Counted from the stretch's first letter, positions 1 to 14,092 are shown. The stretch: DNA of 64,000 bases from Octopus vulgaris (GCA_951406725.2 OX597826.1:76384001-76448000); one strand, 5' to 3'. The notes: a model not told the origin generated them from the sequence alone. A program made the numbers and translations.

Positions 1-31
1 TTATTTAAAGCAGCAGAAAATTCAACAAAAC

Positions 32-69
32 CTGTTACTCTGAGTTTCCCGTTGCCGTTCGTCGGACAG
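32..69 (-). ncRNA. Minimal type-I hammerhead ribozyme motif (CCGACGA core variant)
   Basis: Minus strand reads CUGU-CCGACGA-ACG(GCAA)CGG-GAAA-CUCAGAG-UA-ACAG: stem I CUGU/ACAG, GNRA-capped stem II, short stem III, GUA cleavage triplet. Same family as 41060-41097. Confidence 0.7.
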
Positions 70-70
70 T

Positions 71-565
71 TATATAAAAGAAGTTTGAAAACGCCACTAT
101 ATAAGATAAATTTTAATTTTCTTAGAGATTTTACAGGTTTCCGTTCTTCTTGTAAAAGCGAACCTTATCAAAAATATTTTTAAAAGTTAACTGTAATAAA
201 AAAAATTCATCATTGTTTCTTACAAATCTCAACTGAGTCCACGTGGTGGTGTTTTGTGTAGGGGAGCATACCGGCTGTCATGTGCGTTGACTAGATTCGT
301 TGGTTGTAATCGTGAAAATGGTCAAGGTGAAACTAGTCAACGCACAAGATAACCACAAGACAGCCATTATGCTCCCCTCCACAAAACACCACTACGTGGA
401 CTCTGTTGAGTCTAGTAAGAAACAATTATGCACCTTTTTCTTACACTTAACTTTTAAAAATATTTTTGATAAGGTTCGTTTTTTCAAGAAGAACCGAAAC
501 GTAAAATCTCTAAGAAAATTAAAATTTATCTTATATAGTGGAGTTTTCAAACTTCTTTATATATA
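71..565. repeat. Long imperfect inverted repeat (arms about 71-294 and 333-565), PLE-type fold-back
   Basis: tatataaaagaagtttgaaaacgccactatataagataaa at 71 is mirrored by tttatcttatatagtggagttttcaaacttctttatatata ending at 565. It directly abuts the hammerhead at 32-69. Confidence 0.9.
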
Positions 566-585
566 CCCACTCGTATGCCACCACT

Positions 586-625
<40 letters not shown>

Positions 626-695
626 TTATATATTTATTTATTTATAATATGTTCATATATACGTATATGTATATTATACAAATATTCTTGCAGGT

Positions 696-750
<55 letters not shown>

Positions 751-828
751 GTACTTTTTATTTATTTTGGTTTCTAACAATCAGTCATCCCAATATCATA
801 CACACACATATATATATATATATGCGCA

Positions 829-865
<37 letters not shown>

Positions 866-887
866 ATACACATATGTATGCACACAA

Positions 888-922
<35 letters not shown>

Positions 923-1569
923 AAATGCTCAAACGTATACAAAAGAATTTATCTGTCCCTTACATGTTATCATCATCCTTAGCTCTCTCTCTCTGATTCT
1001 CTTTAATACACACACAGACACTCACACATACACACATGTACGTGTTTATGCATATATATATATATATATACGAATATTACACACACACACACACACACAC
1101 ATGTATATACGCACCTAGCTAGGCATGTATATTGTTTCATAATGATATCTGCAAACACAATTCGTTAATATTTATGCTGTTCTAATGATTGCCCCCATTG
1201 ACAATCAACTTCCGTGTAACTATGATTAATGATGGTGGCAAAATTTTGAGTTGAAGTAGCCACCTACCGACGTGTGTATGTATGTATGTATGTATGTATG
1301 TATGTATGTATGTATGTATGTATGTATGTATGTATGTATGCATGCATGTATGTATGTATGTATGTATGTGTGTGTGTATGTATGTATGTATGTATGTATG
1401 TATGTGTGTGTGTGTGTATGTAGGTATGTATGTGTGTGTGTGTATGTAGGTATGTATGTATTTTTGTATATACATACATTCATTTATATATATATATATG
1501 TATATGTTTGTATACAAGCACACACATATTTACATATATATACACATAGCTATACATATATTTATACAT

Positions 1570-1606
<37 letters not shown>

Positions 1607-1661
1607 TTCATTTATATATAAGTATATATATGTATATACACACTCACATGTTTACACACAA

Positions 1662-1702
<41 letters not shown>

Positions 1703-1722
1703 CATAGGTATAGATGCAAGTT

Positions 1723-1754
<32 letters not shown>

Positions 1755-1852
1755 TTAATTTATATATATATATATGTATATGTATGTATATACGCACACA
1801 TATATTTACATAAATATATACATAGTTATACATATATTTATACATGTGTGTG

Positions 1853-1886
<34 letters not shown>

Positions 1887-2007
1887 TAGAAATATATGCA
1901 TATGCTTTGTTACAAACACAAATTTATATACACCAACAGATACACATACTTTCTGATGTAAATATGTAAATAAGCATGCGCACGCATACACACACACGCA
2001 CACACAA

Positions 2008-2048
<41 letters not shown>

Positions 2049-2877
2049 TACGCACACACGTACAAATATCGGATGTAACTTTAATTCACAGCATCTAATA
2101 TTTAAAACGTAATTTTACCGTTCAAAATTTTCCAGATAGTTTATTTTGCTTAATATTTAAAACATTGAAAGTGTGTGAGTACCAAACACCAATTTATCTC
2201 AATCAGCCCTTCACGTGTACTCCTTTTCTTTTCCATCTGAGTTTATATTCCAAAATGTTCTGTGTGAAGCTGACTTTATCGTAGTTTCTGGGAACTTGAC
2301 GATTTCTTACTATTTAACCCTAGGTCAACCATAATTGAGAAACCATTCAATTAAAGGCAATCCACATTTGACGCGACAGATTGAATACATTTGCAGTGCG
2401 TTTAATCCTGTGTGTTCCATTCATATTTAAGACTCAGGGCTTAATTTCAGAGAAACCTGACTGTTGTTTCTACCAGGTGAAGGGTTCGCATAATTATACT
2501 AGACTTGGATCATCCTCGCTGAATTTGTTAGAAAATTCATTAGCGGAAATTATAATGGGCCTCAAAATTTATAGATACATAAATAAGGGGAAGCGACCTT
2601 TTTAGGGTCTTTGTTATTTCCAGGGCATTGATTTGGGGCTATTGCAAGAATTTGAATTAAAAAAAAGGCCCGTAAAAGTTGCCTCCATTTATTTGTGTAT
2701 CGTATTTTGAAGTCTCGTATACTTTTGCGTAATTTCACATTGTCCTGTCCATAATGACCAACATTTTTATGTGAATCACTTGAAAAACTGTGGAATGTCG
2801 ACCCACAAGTAAATTACATTTATCCACCAAAATAAGGAGTTGAGGAATCATTCTCACTGTTCAACATTATTATGTAA

Positions 2878-3274
2878 CTAGCAGTATCGCCCGGCGTTGC
2901 TCGGGTTTGTAAGAGAAATAACTATATAAGCATTTTTAGAGAGTTATAGCCAAAAATTAGCAAAAAATGCACTAAAAATGGAAAAAAAATTATGGTAAAT
3001 TTTTTTAAAAATCGTTGACTCATCGTAGACATTTTTAGAGAGTTACTTCCCTTATATAATAGCGACAAAATGCATTAAAATGGAAAAAAATTATGGTAAT
3101 TTTTTTTTTTAATCGTAGACTCATCGTAGACGCGCGCTAATACCCAGAAGGGCTCGATATGAATCACGACTATAAGATACCCGGTTTTGGTTAAACTGCA
3201 CCGCAAAATGTGGGAGTAGTTAGGAATCTAAATCGTAGGAGTCAGACACACAACTTGACTTTTATATATAAAGA
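2878..3274 (-). mobile_element. Non-autonomous Helitron
   Basis: Minus strand starts TC(tttatatataaaag) and ends cccgagcaacgccggg hairpin + cgatactg + CTAG. Inserted between A and T with no TSD. Contains internal tandem duplications. Confidence 0.85.
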
Positions 3275-3384
3275 TATCAAGTGTGTGTATATATATCACG
3301 GCATCATTGTACTGACCAAGCTATTGCATGAAGTTATACACCAATGAGCTTCGTATTGGTTTAGCGATCGAATAATGCTACGTC

Positions 3385-3582
3385 ACTGGCTGGACGAGCA
3401 GGTCAGCACCCGTTATGATCAGAGGACTATTCTATGGCAGGGTGCCCCATATACAGCTGAGTGGAGCAACGGGAAGCGAAGTGTTTTGCTGCTTAAGAAC
3501 ACAAAGCACTGCCTGTTCTGGGAATCGAACGTACGATCTAGCAACCGCGAATGCAACACTCTAACCACTTGGCCACACGCCT
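3385..3582 (-). mobile_element. Decayed tRNA-derived SINE (family C)
   Basis: Minus strand has A box (gtggccaagtggttagag) and B box (gttcgattcc). Body resembles 50675-51018 and 58700-58998. Confidence 0.7.
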
Positions 3583-3589
3583 GATCTTG

Positions 3590-3650
<61 letters not shown>

Positions 3651-3841
3651 TAAGTAATTAAGGGTTTAGCAACGAATTGCCTCACTAACACACCGAATTT
3701 AGAAATAGCAGTCAAAGAGATATAGCTATTCCTTCTACTAAAAGGGGGATCTCAGTAAAAACACAGCACTTGAAAGGCAAACACAGACAGGTAAGAAAGA
3801 AAGAATGAAATGACGGCAATCTATCATGCAATTTTAAGTTA

Positions 3842-3933
3842 CCTACGGACGTACGTTTCGAGATCAAGTTTTAGGATAGCATAAGAATTAGAAAATTCTA
3901 CTTTACCCAAACTTCTTCTCTCATCGGCGCAGG
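3842..3933 (-). ncRNA. Hammerhead ribozyme motif, mirror copy of 4230-4321
   Basis: Reverse complement of the plus-strand motif within the palindrome. Confidence 0.75.
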
Positions 3934-4229
3934 ATACGACAACTTTGAATAATTGTATATTAAATTTTGAGATACTAGAATGTATCATCTCAACTCAGTG
4001 TCAGAGCGAGCCAAAGCATGACCAGTACCACGAAATTCAAAGTTTGAATGAAAGTTTGTAGCATTTTGTCTTGGCTACATGCGGGTGGAAGGGGGCTGGT
4101 GACACAAACTTTCATTCAAACTTTGAATTTCGTGGTACTGGTCATGCTTTGGCTCGCTCTGACACTGAGTTGAGATGATGCATTCTAGTATCTCAAAATT
4201 TAATATACAATTATTCATAATTGTCGTAT

Positions 4230-4321
4230 CCTGCGCCGATGAGAGAAGAAGTTTGGGTAAAGTAGAATTTTCTAATTCTTATGCTATCCTAAAACTTGAT
4301 CTCGAAACGTACGTCCGTAGG
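4230..4321 (+). ncRNA. Type-I hammerhead ribozyme motif with long stem II and palindromic stem III
   Basis: CCUGCG-CCGAUGA-GAGA...UCUC-GAAA-CGUACG-UC-CGUAGG. Stem I CCUGCG/CGUAGG; stem II extends via AAGUUU/AAACUU and AGAAUU/AAUUCU; GUC cleavage triplet. Confidence 0.8.
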
Positions 4322-4608
4322 TAACTTAAAATTGCATGATAGATTGCCGTCATTTCATTCTTTCTTTCTTACCTGTCTGTGTTTGCCTTTCAAGTGCTGT
4401 GTTTTTACTGAGATCCCCCTTTTAGTAGAAGGAATAGCTATATCTCTTTGACTGCTATTTCTAAATTCGGTGTGTTGGTGAGGCAATTCGTTGCTAAACC
4501 CTTAATTACTTAGTATTACTTAAATTTTCCTCGAATGGGGCTTTTACATGCCGAAATCTACTTGGTGTAATTGATAATTATCCCTAATTAATTAATTTCA
4601 CCCTTTAT

Positions 4609-4651
<43 letters not shown>

Positions 4652-5441
4652 ATTTTATAATATATATGTACACACACGCACACACACCTTTTGTATAACT
4701 ATTTTAATAATTCTCTGATGCTATTGACAATTTCCACCTGTTTATCTTTAATTTATTGCGTTTTCCGTTAATGACTGATGTAAAGATAGAAAAGAAGTTG
4801 TTGGAAATGATTCAGCTGTGTATACACTTCGTAATTGAGCTAAATATATCATCTCTCGATCACCAATTCTAGCCTTTTTTCTGCCAGACTTCTTCTTTCA
4901 CTGTAACTATATATATAAAAATGTTTGCTTTGTCTGTCCTCGTATCGTCCCCTCTTTTTCTCAACCTCATGGTCAATAAAGAAATTGACTGTAGCTCATG
5001 TGTAGCGTCTGCCTATCTCTCTCTTTCCTTCTCTCTCAGTCTGTCGATCTGTCTATATAGGAATTCTGTGGTATTGTCCTGTTATTTAATACCTCGCTTC
5101 GTTTTGGCACTTACAAATAAGGCACATACTCCTGAATTCAATGTACGATACTATAGACCAGGGCTTTTATAGATGTAAGTAAGTTGTCTCTGATTTTTTC
5201 AAAAGAGAACCATTTTATAAATGATACTTTCCTTAATGTATCCCTCAAGCAAAAGAATATGTTCTGTCGGGAATGAATATATTGAAAAGCTCCCTTTGAT
5301 TAGAATTGCTTGCGCATTTGTTGTTTTAAGTTTTATTACTGACATTATTAGAAATATCGTTATTGTATTTCATTGGCAAAAGTCTAAAAGTTTATGCTTT
5401 TTGTCTTTATTTCAGTCTTTCTCATATAAAAAGCAGTCGAC

Positions 5442-5504
<63 letters not shown>

Positions 5505-5511
5505 GATGATG

Positions 5512-5631
<120 letters not shown>

Positions 5632-5649
5632 GTAATAATAATAAACTCC

Positions 5650-5990
5650 GTACTGAAGGAGTCCAAAGAATGGACCTGTATCGACGTAGCTATACCTGTA
5701 GACCAGAATATTGTGAAAAACAAAGAACGAGAAAGTCGGGAAGGACCAAGACCTAGAACTGAAAGGGAAAAGGATCGATAGAGCCTTAAACGTGAGTGTG
5801 GCACCTGTTGTGATCGGTGCAGCGGGGACCATCTGAAGGAGAGATGGCAAATACTAAGCTTCTTAGGAAGTATTCAGAAGGCAGCAATACTTGGAGCAGT
5901 TGATGTGTTGAGGAATGTGTTGCGTCTCTAAGCTGCGGGATGGAGTCGAGACATAATATCGACGTGGATAAATCAGAAGTGAATAAAATA
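5650..5990 (+). mobile_element. R4/Dong-like non-LTR retrotransposon 3' fragment (restriction-like endonuclease)
   Basis: Translates, with a frameshift, to CIDVAIPVDQN...EKVGKDQDLE...VAPVVIGAAGT, matching the RLE C-terminal pattern. Follows a long (TAA)n tract. Confidence 0.7.
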
Positions 5991-6534
5991 ATAAATAAAT
6001 AAATAAATAAATTAATTAATAAAGTGAGGCTAGGATTGTTACCTGCAATCCAGGCTCTATGAGAAAAAAACAACAACAAAAAAACAAAGAAAAAATTATA
6101 AGCAACACCATCTAAAAAAGCATAAATAAAAATTTAAAAAATAAACAGAAGGGGAAATAATTAAGAGCAGATATAAGGGACGATAAGAAATTATCTGGCG
6201 CCGGTAGTTACCATAATTCTGGCATAATTAACAGCTTTAATTTGGAAAGTAATTAGAACAAAAATTTATGGTTTACTTTTGACGTTAATTTAGAATATTT
6301 GTTGTTTCGTAATTCGTTTTCTGTTACCCTTCCTCTTTTTAAAACGTTTTGTTTTTGTTTTGTTTTGTTTTGTCCTCTCTCCTAAACATTTTGTCACTTC
6401 CGAGAAATTACTTATTAGCGTTCTTACTTAAGTCTTTGACTTAAGTGGCATAAAAAACACTGATTCTTACAGTCTTATCTTTGAGAAAGAAAGGTGATTT
6501 TAGTTTTGGAAGCGAAACAGTGGAAGAGTGTGTG

Positions 6535-6630
<96 letters not shown>

Positions 6631-7189
6631 TAAATATAGTAGAATACATACTTTTGATAGTTACACATATATACATACATATATATACATATATATATAT
6701 TATATGTTATATATATTTATACATACGTATTACATATATGCGTATATATGCATAAAAATACATACATATATATCCTTACAAACAAATATGTACGTATATA
6801 TATTTATGTATATATATATATATGATATACAAATATATGCATATATACATATATGTACATAACTACATATATATGTATATATACATGCATATATGGGTAC
6901 AAGACATCAAAAAACGTTGAACACAATGAGAAACGAAAACTTAAAAACAAAAACTTGGAAACGAACTATTTTGTTCTTCACACAACGTACACACACATAA
7001 ACACACCGACACATACATACACACACCGACACACACATATACACACCGACACACACATACACACACCGACACACACGCGCACACACCCAGATATGCATGC
7101 ATGTATATTTATATGTATGCAAATATATGCAGGCATGTGTATGAGAGTATGTATATATTTATATATATATATATATATAAATATATATA

Positions 7190-8066
7190 CAGGTCAACCA
7201 AAAGAATGTCTCTGTCCAGAGAAAGAGAGACAGTTGCAAAAAAGGGAAGAATACCAAGAAACGAACAGACTGAGCACTACAAAAGCCAGAGCATCTGAAA
7301 GTGACGAACAGAGGAATGTACGGCTGACAAGGGATGGGATCCCGACTGAAGAACGAACAGCAGTTACAACAGCTCAGAAAAGCAACTTCTATGAAGCAGC
7401 TTTCAATTATGATCCAGCAGTTCATTATGCAGATGACGCTAGTGTTTCCACTGGTGCTATGACAACTGAGTTCATACATTGTAAGCAAGGAATTGACCTT
7501 GAGAGATACCTGCAATGTGTTGCGGTGGTGGAAAGATTAAACTCCCCTGCATTCCCCCAACCTTCAGAGCCGTTGAAGAAACTGTTTTCATCAACTGACC
7601 AAGATTCCAAGCACTTCCAAAACAAAATTAGACAATACAACGCTGCACTACAGATGACATCATTTGGAGCCACAAGACATTTAACTGAGACACGATTCAT
7701 GCAAACTTTCAAGATCCAAGGTCAGATTTATCATCGGATTGGCTCTCTACTATCTCTGTCAAATAAATCCCCAAAATCGGCCTTTCATTGTTTATAATCT
7801 GTACCTGCTTTTTTGGTTACGAAATAAGCTAGACAAGACGTGTTTTTGAATTATGTGTATTAACTTAATATACATATATGAGTTGAAAACTCTTTTTTTT
7901 AACATTTCACTTAACATCTATGTTCCATGCTGGCATGAGTTAGAGGGTTATTAATGTAGAAACTTGGTATTTCAGCTATTAGCAGTTGAAACCTGCGTAA
8001 TCTAGACAGCGTTTTTTAAATTTCATTATTCTCTTTAACCCGAGCAACACTCGGTATTTGTGGTAG
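7190..8066 (+). mobile_element. Helitron remnant with Rep/Helicase N-terminal coding fragment and 3' hairpin
   Basis: AAFNYDP...SKHFQNKIRQYNAALQMTSFGA...FMQTFKIQGQIYHRIGSLL. An alternative frame restores EIPAMCCGGGKIKL. Terminal hairpin ccgag-caaca-ctcgg at 8040-8054 is followed by a degenerate GTAG end. Confidence 0.88.
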
Positions 8067-8070
8067 TATG

Positions 8071-8151
<81 letters not shown>

Positions 8152-8372
8152 CAGTATTAATAAAATAAGAGATGGAATGTGTAATAGACTTGCACAGACG
8201 TCTGTATCTTACTTTACGTACGAATCTATGCACATATTTATCTATGCTATGTACGTATATTTATGTATATATATATATCGCCCTGCCCTGTCCCTAGCCA
8301 CATTCAAATGGCTAATGTCCCTTTTGTTATGGAGCTGTTACTGTCTATATCTCGTTTAGAGAATTATTATTG

Positions 8373-8420
<48 letters not shown>

Positions 8421-8680
8421 ATGTCTATATGCGTCTAAGTACGAGCACAAAAGAAAATTTTCGTCTAAGTATTATCTTCCTTTCAACTTCTACTTCCTTT
8501 TCTTTCTCTTAATAGTTACAACAGCAAAGGATCATTACGCCATTTTTATAGAATGTATACTTTCCACGTTCATATTTGAATTTTCTGCCTTTCAATAATT
8601 TTTCTCTGATTTTAGTCATTCTCGAGTTTGATGGACATATAGCGGTAGGTATGCCGACTCAGGAAATCTCTAGTGAGACA

Positions 8681-8740
8681 TTTTATTGATGTATTCTAAG
8701 AGGCCCAGAACGGGTCGAAACATGTGTTGTACCCAATAAA
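8681..8740 (+). ncRNA. Degenerate hammerhead motif
   Basis: GUAU(U)-CUAAGA-GGCCC(AGAAC)GGGUC-GAAA-CAUGUG-UU-GUAC. The core lacks one base. Flanking UUUAUUG/CAAUAAA extends stem I. Confidence 0.5.
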
Positions 8741-9294
8741 GTCTATTACGCATTCCATTTCCTATTTTATTAATATTGTTACCCCAACCGCCTCCACGAA
8801 GTTCCTGCAATAAATCTACGGATAACAGGGAATCGAAACTGTGCTGGTTCTTTACTCATCATCTATTTATGCATTTTGAACAATTTCTTCATTATATATA
8901 TATATATATATATGCAAGTATATGTGTGTACGTATGTTGCTTTATGTGCAGGTATCTATAAAACTGAGTCTTCATTTAAATATAAGTAAGAATATGTTAT
9001 ATGCAAGTATATACACACAAACACACAAAAACGGACATTTTTGGTGAGAAACTAAGAGACTACGCGTACAGGTTGTGAGTGAGAGGGAAAGGAGAAGTGA
9101 GGAGGGGAGGAGGCGGAGGAAATTGAGTGACAGAAAGAGGAAGAAACATGTGAATAATGTATGGGACGAAAGAAAGATAAAAAAGAGGAACGAAAGTGAA
9201 CAGAAGTAGAGAAGCAGTGACTGTGTTGAAAAATGGGTGGAAATATGGAAATAAAGATATTTATGAATATAGATAGGAGAATAGATTTATAGAT

Positions 9295-9337
<43 letters not shown>

Positions 9338-9488
9338 GAGAGAGAGCAAATCATTGAGAGTGAGTGAGAGAGGGGGAGAGAGAAATAATGATGAAAGATA
9401 CTTAAATATAGAAATTGAAATTAAGAACGATAAATTGATTGATAGATAGACAGACGCAGAGACAGGCAGACATACATAGATAAATAGG

Positions 9489-9642
<154 letters not shown>

Positions 9643-9660
9643 CAAGAAAGATACAGAAAT

Positions 9661-9853
9661 ATTGGTTTCAAATTTCGGCACAAGGCCAGCATTTTTGGAG
9701 GGAGGAGCCAAGTCGATTAAATCGACCCCAATGCTCAACAAAGGTTAAAAGGCAAAGTCAGCCGCGATGGAATTTGAACTCAGAACGCAGAAATGGACGA
9801 AATATTCCTAAGCATCGTGCACACTGTGCTAACGATTCTGCCAGCTCGCCGCC
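9661..9853 (-). mobile_element. SINE family A (ggcgagctggcaga head; B box gagttcaaattcc)
   Basis: Matches the copies at 15909 and 43350. Confidence 0.85.
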
Positions 9854-10173
9854 ATAGAGATAAATATTGCTAGAGAGAGAGAGAGAGAGGGGGAGAGAGA
9901 AAGAGAGAGAGAGAAGGGGGGTAGCTGGAGAGATGGTTGTATTTGGCTGAAGAATAGATAGATATACTGGGAAAGGAGAGAAAGGAGGAAAGAGTAGTGA
10001 AATATTGAGAGAAACAGAGTGAGGCTGCCATAAGGACAGATACTTCCGTGTATCTACCCACATACACACAAACATACTATACATTACATACATACGTACA
10101 GACTTATATACTTACGTTCATATATCTACACATGCACACACATACACACACATACACACACATACACACACAT

Positions 10174-10207
<34 letters not shown>

Positions 10208-10313
10208 CCCTGTACCATGTATACATACATACATGCATACATAAACACAAACACACACACACACACACATATATATATGTGTGTGTGTATACACACAGAC
10301 GGACATGTATATA

Positions 10314-11952
10314 CAGGGTGTCCATAAAGTTCCTTTACAATTTCAAAGATTTATTACAGTGGCTGTGTGGTAAGAAGCTTGTTTACCAGCCACATGGTTC
10401 CGGGTTCAGTCCCACTGCGTGGCACCTTGGGCAAGTGTCTTCTACTATAGCCCCGGGCCGACCAAAGCCTTGTGAGTGGATTTGGTAGACGGAAACTGAA
10501 AGAAACCCGTCGTATATATGTATATATATATATATGCGTGTGTGTGTTTGTGTGAGTGTGTTGGTCCCCCTAGCATTGCTTGACAACCGAAGCTGGTGTG
10601 TTTATGTACCCGTTACTTAGCGGTTCGGCAAAAGAGACCGATAGAATAAGTACTGGGCTTACAAAAGAATAAGTCCCGGGGTCGAGTTGCTCGATTAAAG
10701 GTGGTGCTCCAGCATGGCTGCAGTCAAATGACTGAAACAAGTAAAAGAGAGTAAATAGATAAATCTGTGAAAATTATTACAAACTGAGGAAGAGATATTG
10801 AGGTTTATTTTACCTTATTTAAAACAACATCTCTAAATGGTCGCCATTAGTTGCAGGAAGCACTTCAAGGCGGGAATCAATTTCTTGCCGTGTTCGCTGT
10901 AACAGAGACTTATCAATGGTGGCCATGGAATTCAGGGATGCTTTGCTTGCTTCAAGTCATTGATGTACTTTATCTTTGTTTGATACACAATGTCTTTAAC
11001 ATAACCCAATAGAAAAATGTCCAAGGGAGTGATATCCGGGGAACGAGGTGGCCAGGGAATTGAGGCACCCCTTCCAATCTACCGGTCTAGAAATGTTTGA
11101 TTTAGGAACCCATCATCTGCTGGAAAAATGATGGTTGGTGTAAGGTCATCCAGTTGTGGTGTCACATATTCAGTCAAAAGGTCAAGGTAAACATTGGCTG
11201 AAATCGATCTCTGTGTGAAGAAAAACGGACATCATCCCACACCAGACATTCACCTTTGGACTTTCTCGGTGAAGTTCCCTAGTTATATGGAGATGTCCTG
11301 ATCCCCAGATTGTCGAGTTTCCCTGAAACATGTAAGGTTGTCTCATCACTGAAAGAAACTCAGAAGAGGAGTGCTGAATACTCAGAAATTCGTTCCAGCA
11401 TGTTAATTCCAAACCCGTTTCGTCTTGGTTTATCATTTGGTTCGAATGCCTCTAAGAGTTGCTCGTTGTAAGGGGACTTTATGGTAACTGTAACATGTCT
11501 GACAGCAGAACGTATGGATTCTGTGGGAGAACTAGCAAAGGCTTGTCTTATTCGATCGATGTTTTCTTCTGATAATTTCGGTCATCCATTCCTACCTTTA
11601 TCCAACAATGTTCCTGTTTCCAGAAATTTCTTGTGCCATGCAGGAATTGACGGACGTGACGCTGGATGTATTCCCTACTTAATCCTGTAATGTCTGTGGG
11701 GCAGCATGTCCGATTTTGTTTCAATAAATCATGACACCCATTGTACCTTTTCTTGAGGAGTAGCCATTTTGTTTTAGGATTTCATTTAACAGAACCGTTT
11801 CCATCATCAGGGTACTTGAAAAACACAAATGCAATGTGGCTGAAAACTTTCATAACCACTGGGTACATAGAACAAATCTAACAAACATATCCCGTAAATT
11901 GTTTTTGTAATAAATTTTTGAAATTGTAAAGAGACTTTATGGACATGGCGTG
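10314..11952 (-). mobile_element. Tc1/mariner-superfamily DNA transposon fossil with both TIRs (possibly DD41D/rosa-like)
   Basis: TIR cagggtgtccataaagttcctttacaatttcaaa is mirrored at 11905-11952, with TA flanks. Minus-strand peptides MATPQEKVQW, WHKKFLETG, SPKVNVWCG and WPPRSPDITPLDIFLLGYVK contain stops and frameshifts. Subfamily call is inference. Confidence 0.88.
10359..10754 (+). mobile_element. SINE family B (tRNA head, CORE-like body), nested in the transposon end
   Basis: gtggctgtgtggtaagaagctt...gggttcagtccc...caccttgggcaagtgtc...gactgaaacaagtaaaagag. Confidence 0.9.
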
Positions 11953-12124
11953 TATCATGAGAGAGGAGAGAAAGGGAAAAGAGAAAAAAAAAGAGGAAAG
12001 GAAAGAAAGAAATGTAGATGGATAGATATAAAGAGGCAAGAGACAGAGAGAGAGAGAGAGAATGTTAAGATATAGTTTCGTACTTCTGTATGTATAGATA
12101 TGCATATATATTTATATATGTATA

Positions 12125-12203
<79 letters not shown>

Positions 12204-12208
12204 ATATG

Positions 12209-12301
<93 letters not shown>

Positions 12302-12357
12302 ATATGTATACAAATGCATATGCGTATATACATGTATATATGTATATACACACTCAT

Positions 12358-12389
<32 letters not shown>

Positions 12390-12439
12390 GTATAATTTAG
12401 AGGGAGGATGGGAAGAAGGAAAAAGGGAGAGAGAGAAGC

Positions 12440-12810
12440 TGAGTCTTACACACATACACACAGATATGGTGCCCCTGATCACTGTTGGATAGAGGAGGAG
12501 GCGGAGGAGGAGGAGAAGGTATGGTTAAACTATGCCTGTGTATCCTGTGGGGGCAATTAGGGCTCGATCCTGGCATCAGATAGTAGAGCTCCTCGTTTGA
12601 TTCCCGCCAACATTGCAGTGGTTCCCTTCAGATTTGGCTTAATTAGTTCCTACTTTATCTTTGGTGAGGTGGAGGAGGAAGAAGTAGAGGGGAAAGGTGG
12701 GAGTAAATGGTGGTGGCGGTGGTTGTGGTGGTGGCAGCGGTGTAGATCGTAATCAGAGCTTGAGTGTAAGTGTGCAGCGGAATGCTGTGAAGGGGACGTA
12801 GGATGACAGT

Positions 12811-12862
<52 letters not shown>

Positions 12863-13085
12863 CGTGTGTGTGGAAGAAAGTTGGAGAGAGAGAGAGAGAG
12901 AAAATAATGCGTGTATTATGAATAAGCACGTAGATATGCGTTAGAGTGAGAGAGAGAGGGAGACAGAGAGAGAGAGAGAGAAAGAGTGAGAGAGAGAGAG
13001 AGAGAGAAAGAGTGAGAGAGAGAAGAGAGACACGTATAGAGAGGAAACGTGCACATGTATGAGGATGAGTTGCAGGAGGGAAAGA

Positions 13086-13141
<56 letters not shown>

Positions 13142-13430
13142 TGTGTGTGTGTGTTTGTGTATATATATGGATGAATGTGAGAGTGGGAGAGATGATGATG
13201 GTGGTGGTGGTGAGTGTGTGTGTATGTGTGTGTGCGTGTGTGTATGTGTGTGTGTGTGTGTAGATTAGTGCAAGAAAAGATGGGAAAAGGGAGTGTGTGT
13301 ATGTTTTGTGAGGAAAAGCGGGGTTGTAGCGAGAGTAAGAGAGAAGGAGAGAGGGAGAGGGAATGAGAGGAAGAGGAAAGTGTGTGAGAGGACAATCTAT
13401 GTTTGCGTGTGCGCACATATATGTAAATAA
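12440..13430 (-). other. Candidate promoter/first-exon region (unique GC-richer island plus CT/CA tracts)
   Basis: Non-repetitive 12460-12810 island with possible minus-strand donors (GTATGT, GTAAG) near 12445-12457 and a short ORF MPGSSPNCPHRIHRHSLTIPSPPPPPPP. No homology recognised. Confidence 0.2.
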
Positions 13431-14092
13431 GAGCTAGGGGAAATAACCAAAAACAGGACCAATGCCACGAAAAGTGACTATTTAGGTAAAGAGTGGCGAA
13501 CTAACTGTCGTATATACTAAATACTAAATTTATTGAAATTTCCCTCAGAGTAAAAGAGAGAAAACAAAAGTCTAGCGGCAATTGTTAGAAGCACTAAAAT
13601 AAAAGGGAGATAATATGAAGTAAATTAATAAGTTTCTCGTATAAATTTACAAGCTTAGTGAAAGGACAGTCAGGTATACAGTTGAGTCTAACCGAACTTA
13701 CACATTAGAAGATGAATATTTTAAGCATAAAAAAACAAACAGAATTGAGTGTATTGTCGGCCACCGATAATTAACACTAAGGGGTCAATTACATGGATTT
13801 AGATAATTATATAACAAATTTATGCACACACACATTTATATAAGCCCGTGTGGGTCCGAGTGTCCTCCATGAAGTGATACTCTAGTTTGAAGTACTCCAT
13901 GATAAGTGAGGCACCTCATTATAGTTGGGTATAGAAAATTGCTACTTGTCGATTTGTCCCATTCTACTCAATGAAACCCTTCTGTTTGCTAGAAAAGATT
14001 CTGTTATTACACCTGACTCAAATTAATACGGCTAGGTTAGCTGAGGCGGGGGTTACTCAGGCAGTCAAGGGCCAAAGAGTTTGACGCAGCTA

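Larger units (their letters stand above)
3647..4516. repeat. Near-perfect 870-bp palindrome (arms 3647-4059 and 4104-4516) of a PLE-like terminal repeat
   Basis: Arms are reverse complements with about four mismatches by eye and a 44-nt loop. Flanked by (TA)n. The right arm continues into a ~90-nt unpaired tail. Confidence 0.95.

Noticed and set aside
6853-7797. 314-aa ORF as a host gene
   Set aside because: The N-terminal third is microsatellite and the rest is a frameshifted Helitron Rep/Hel fragment.
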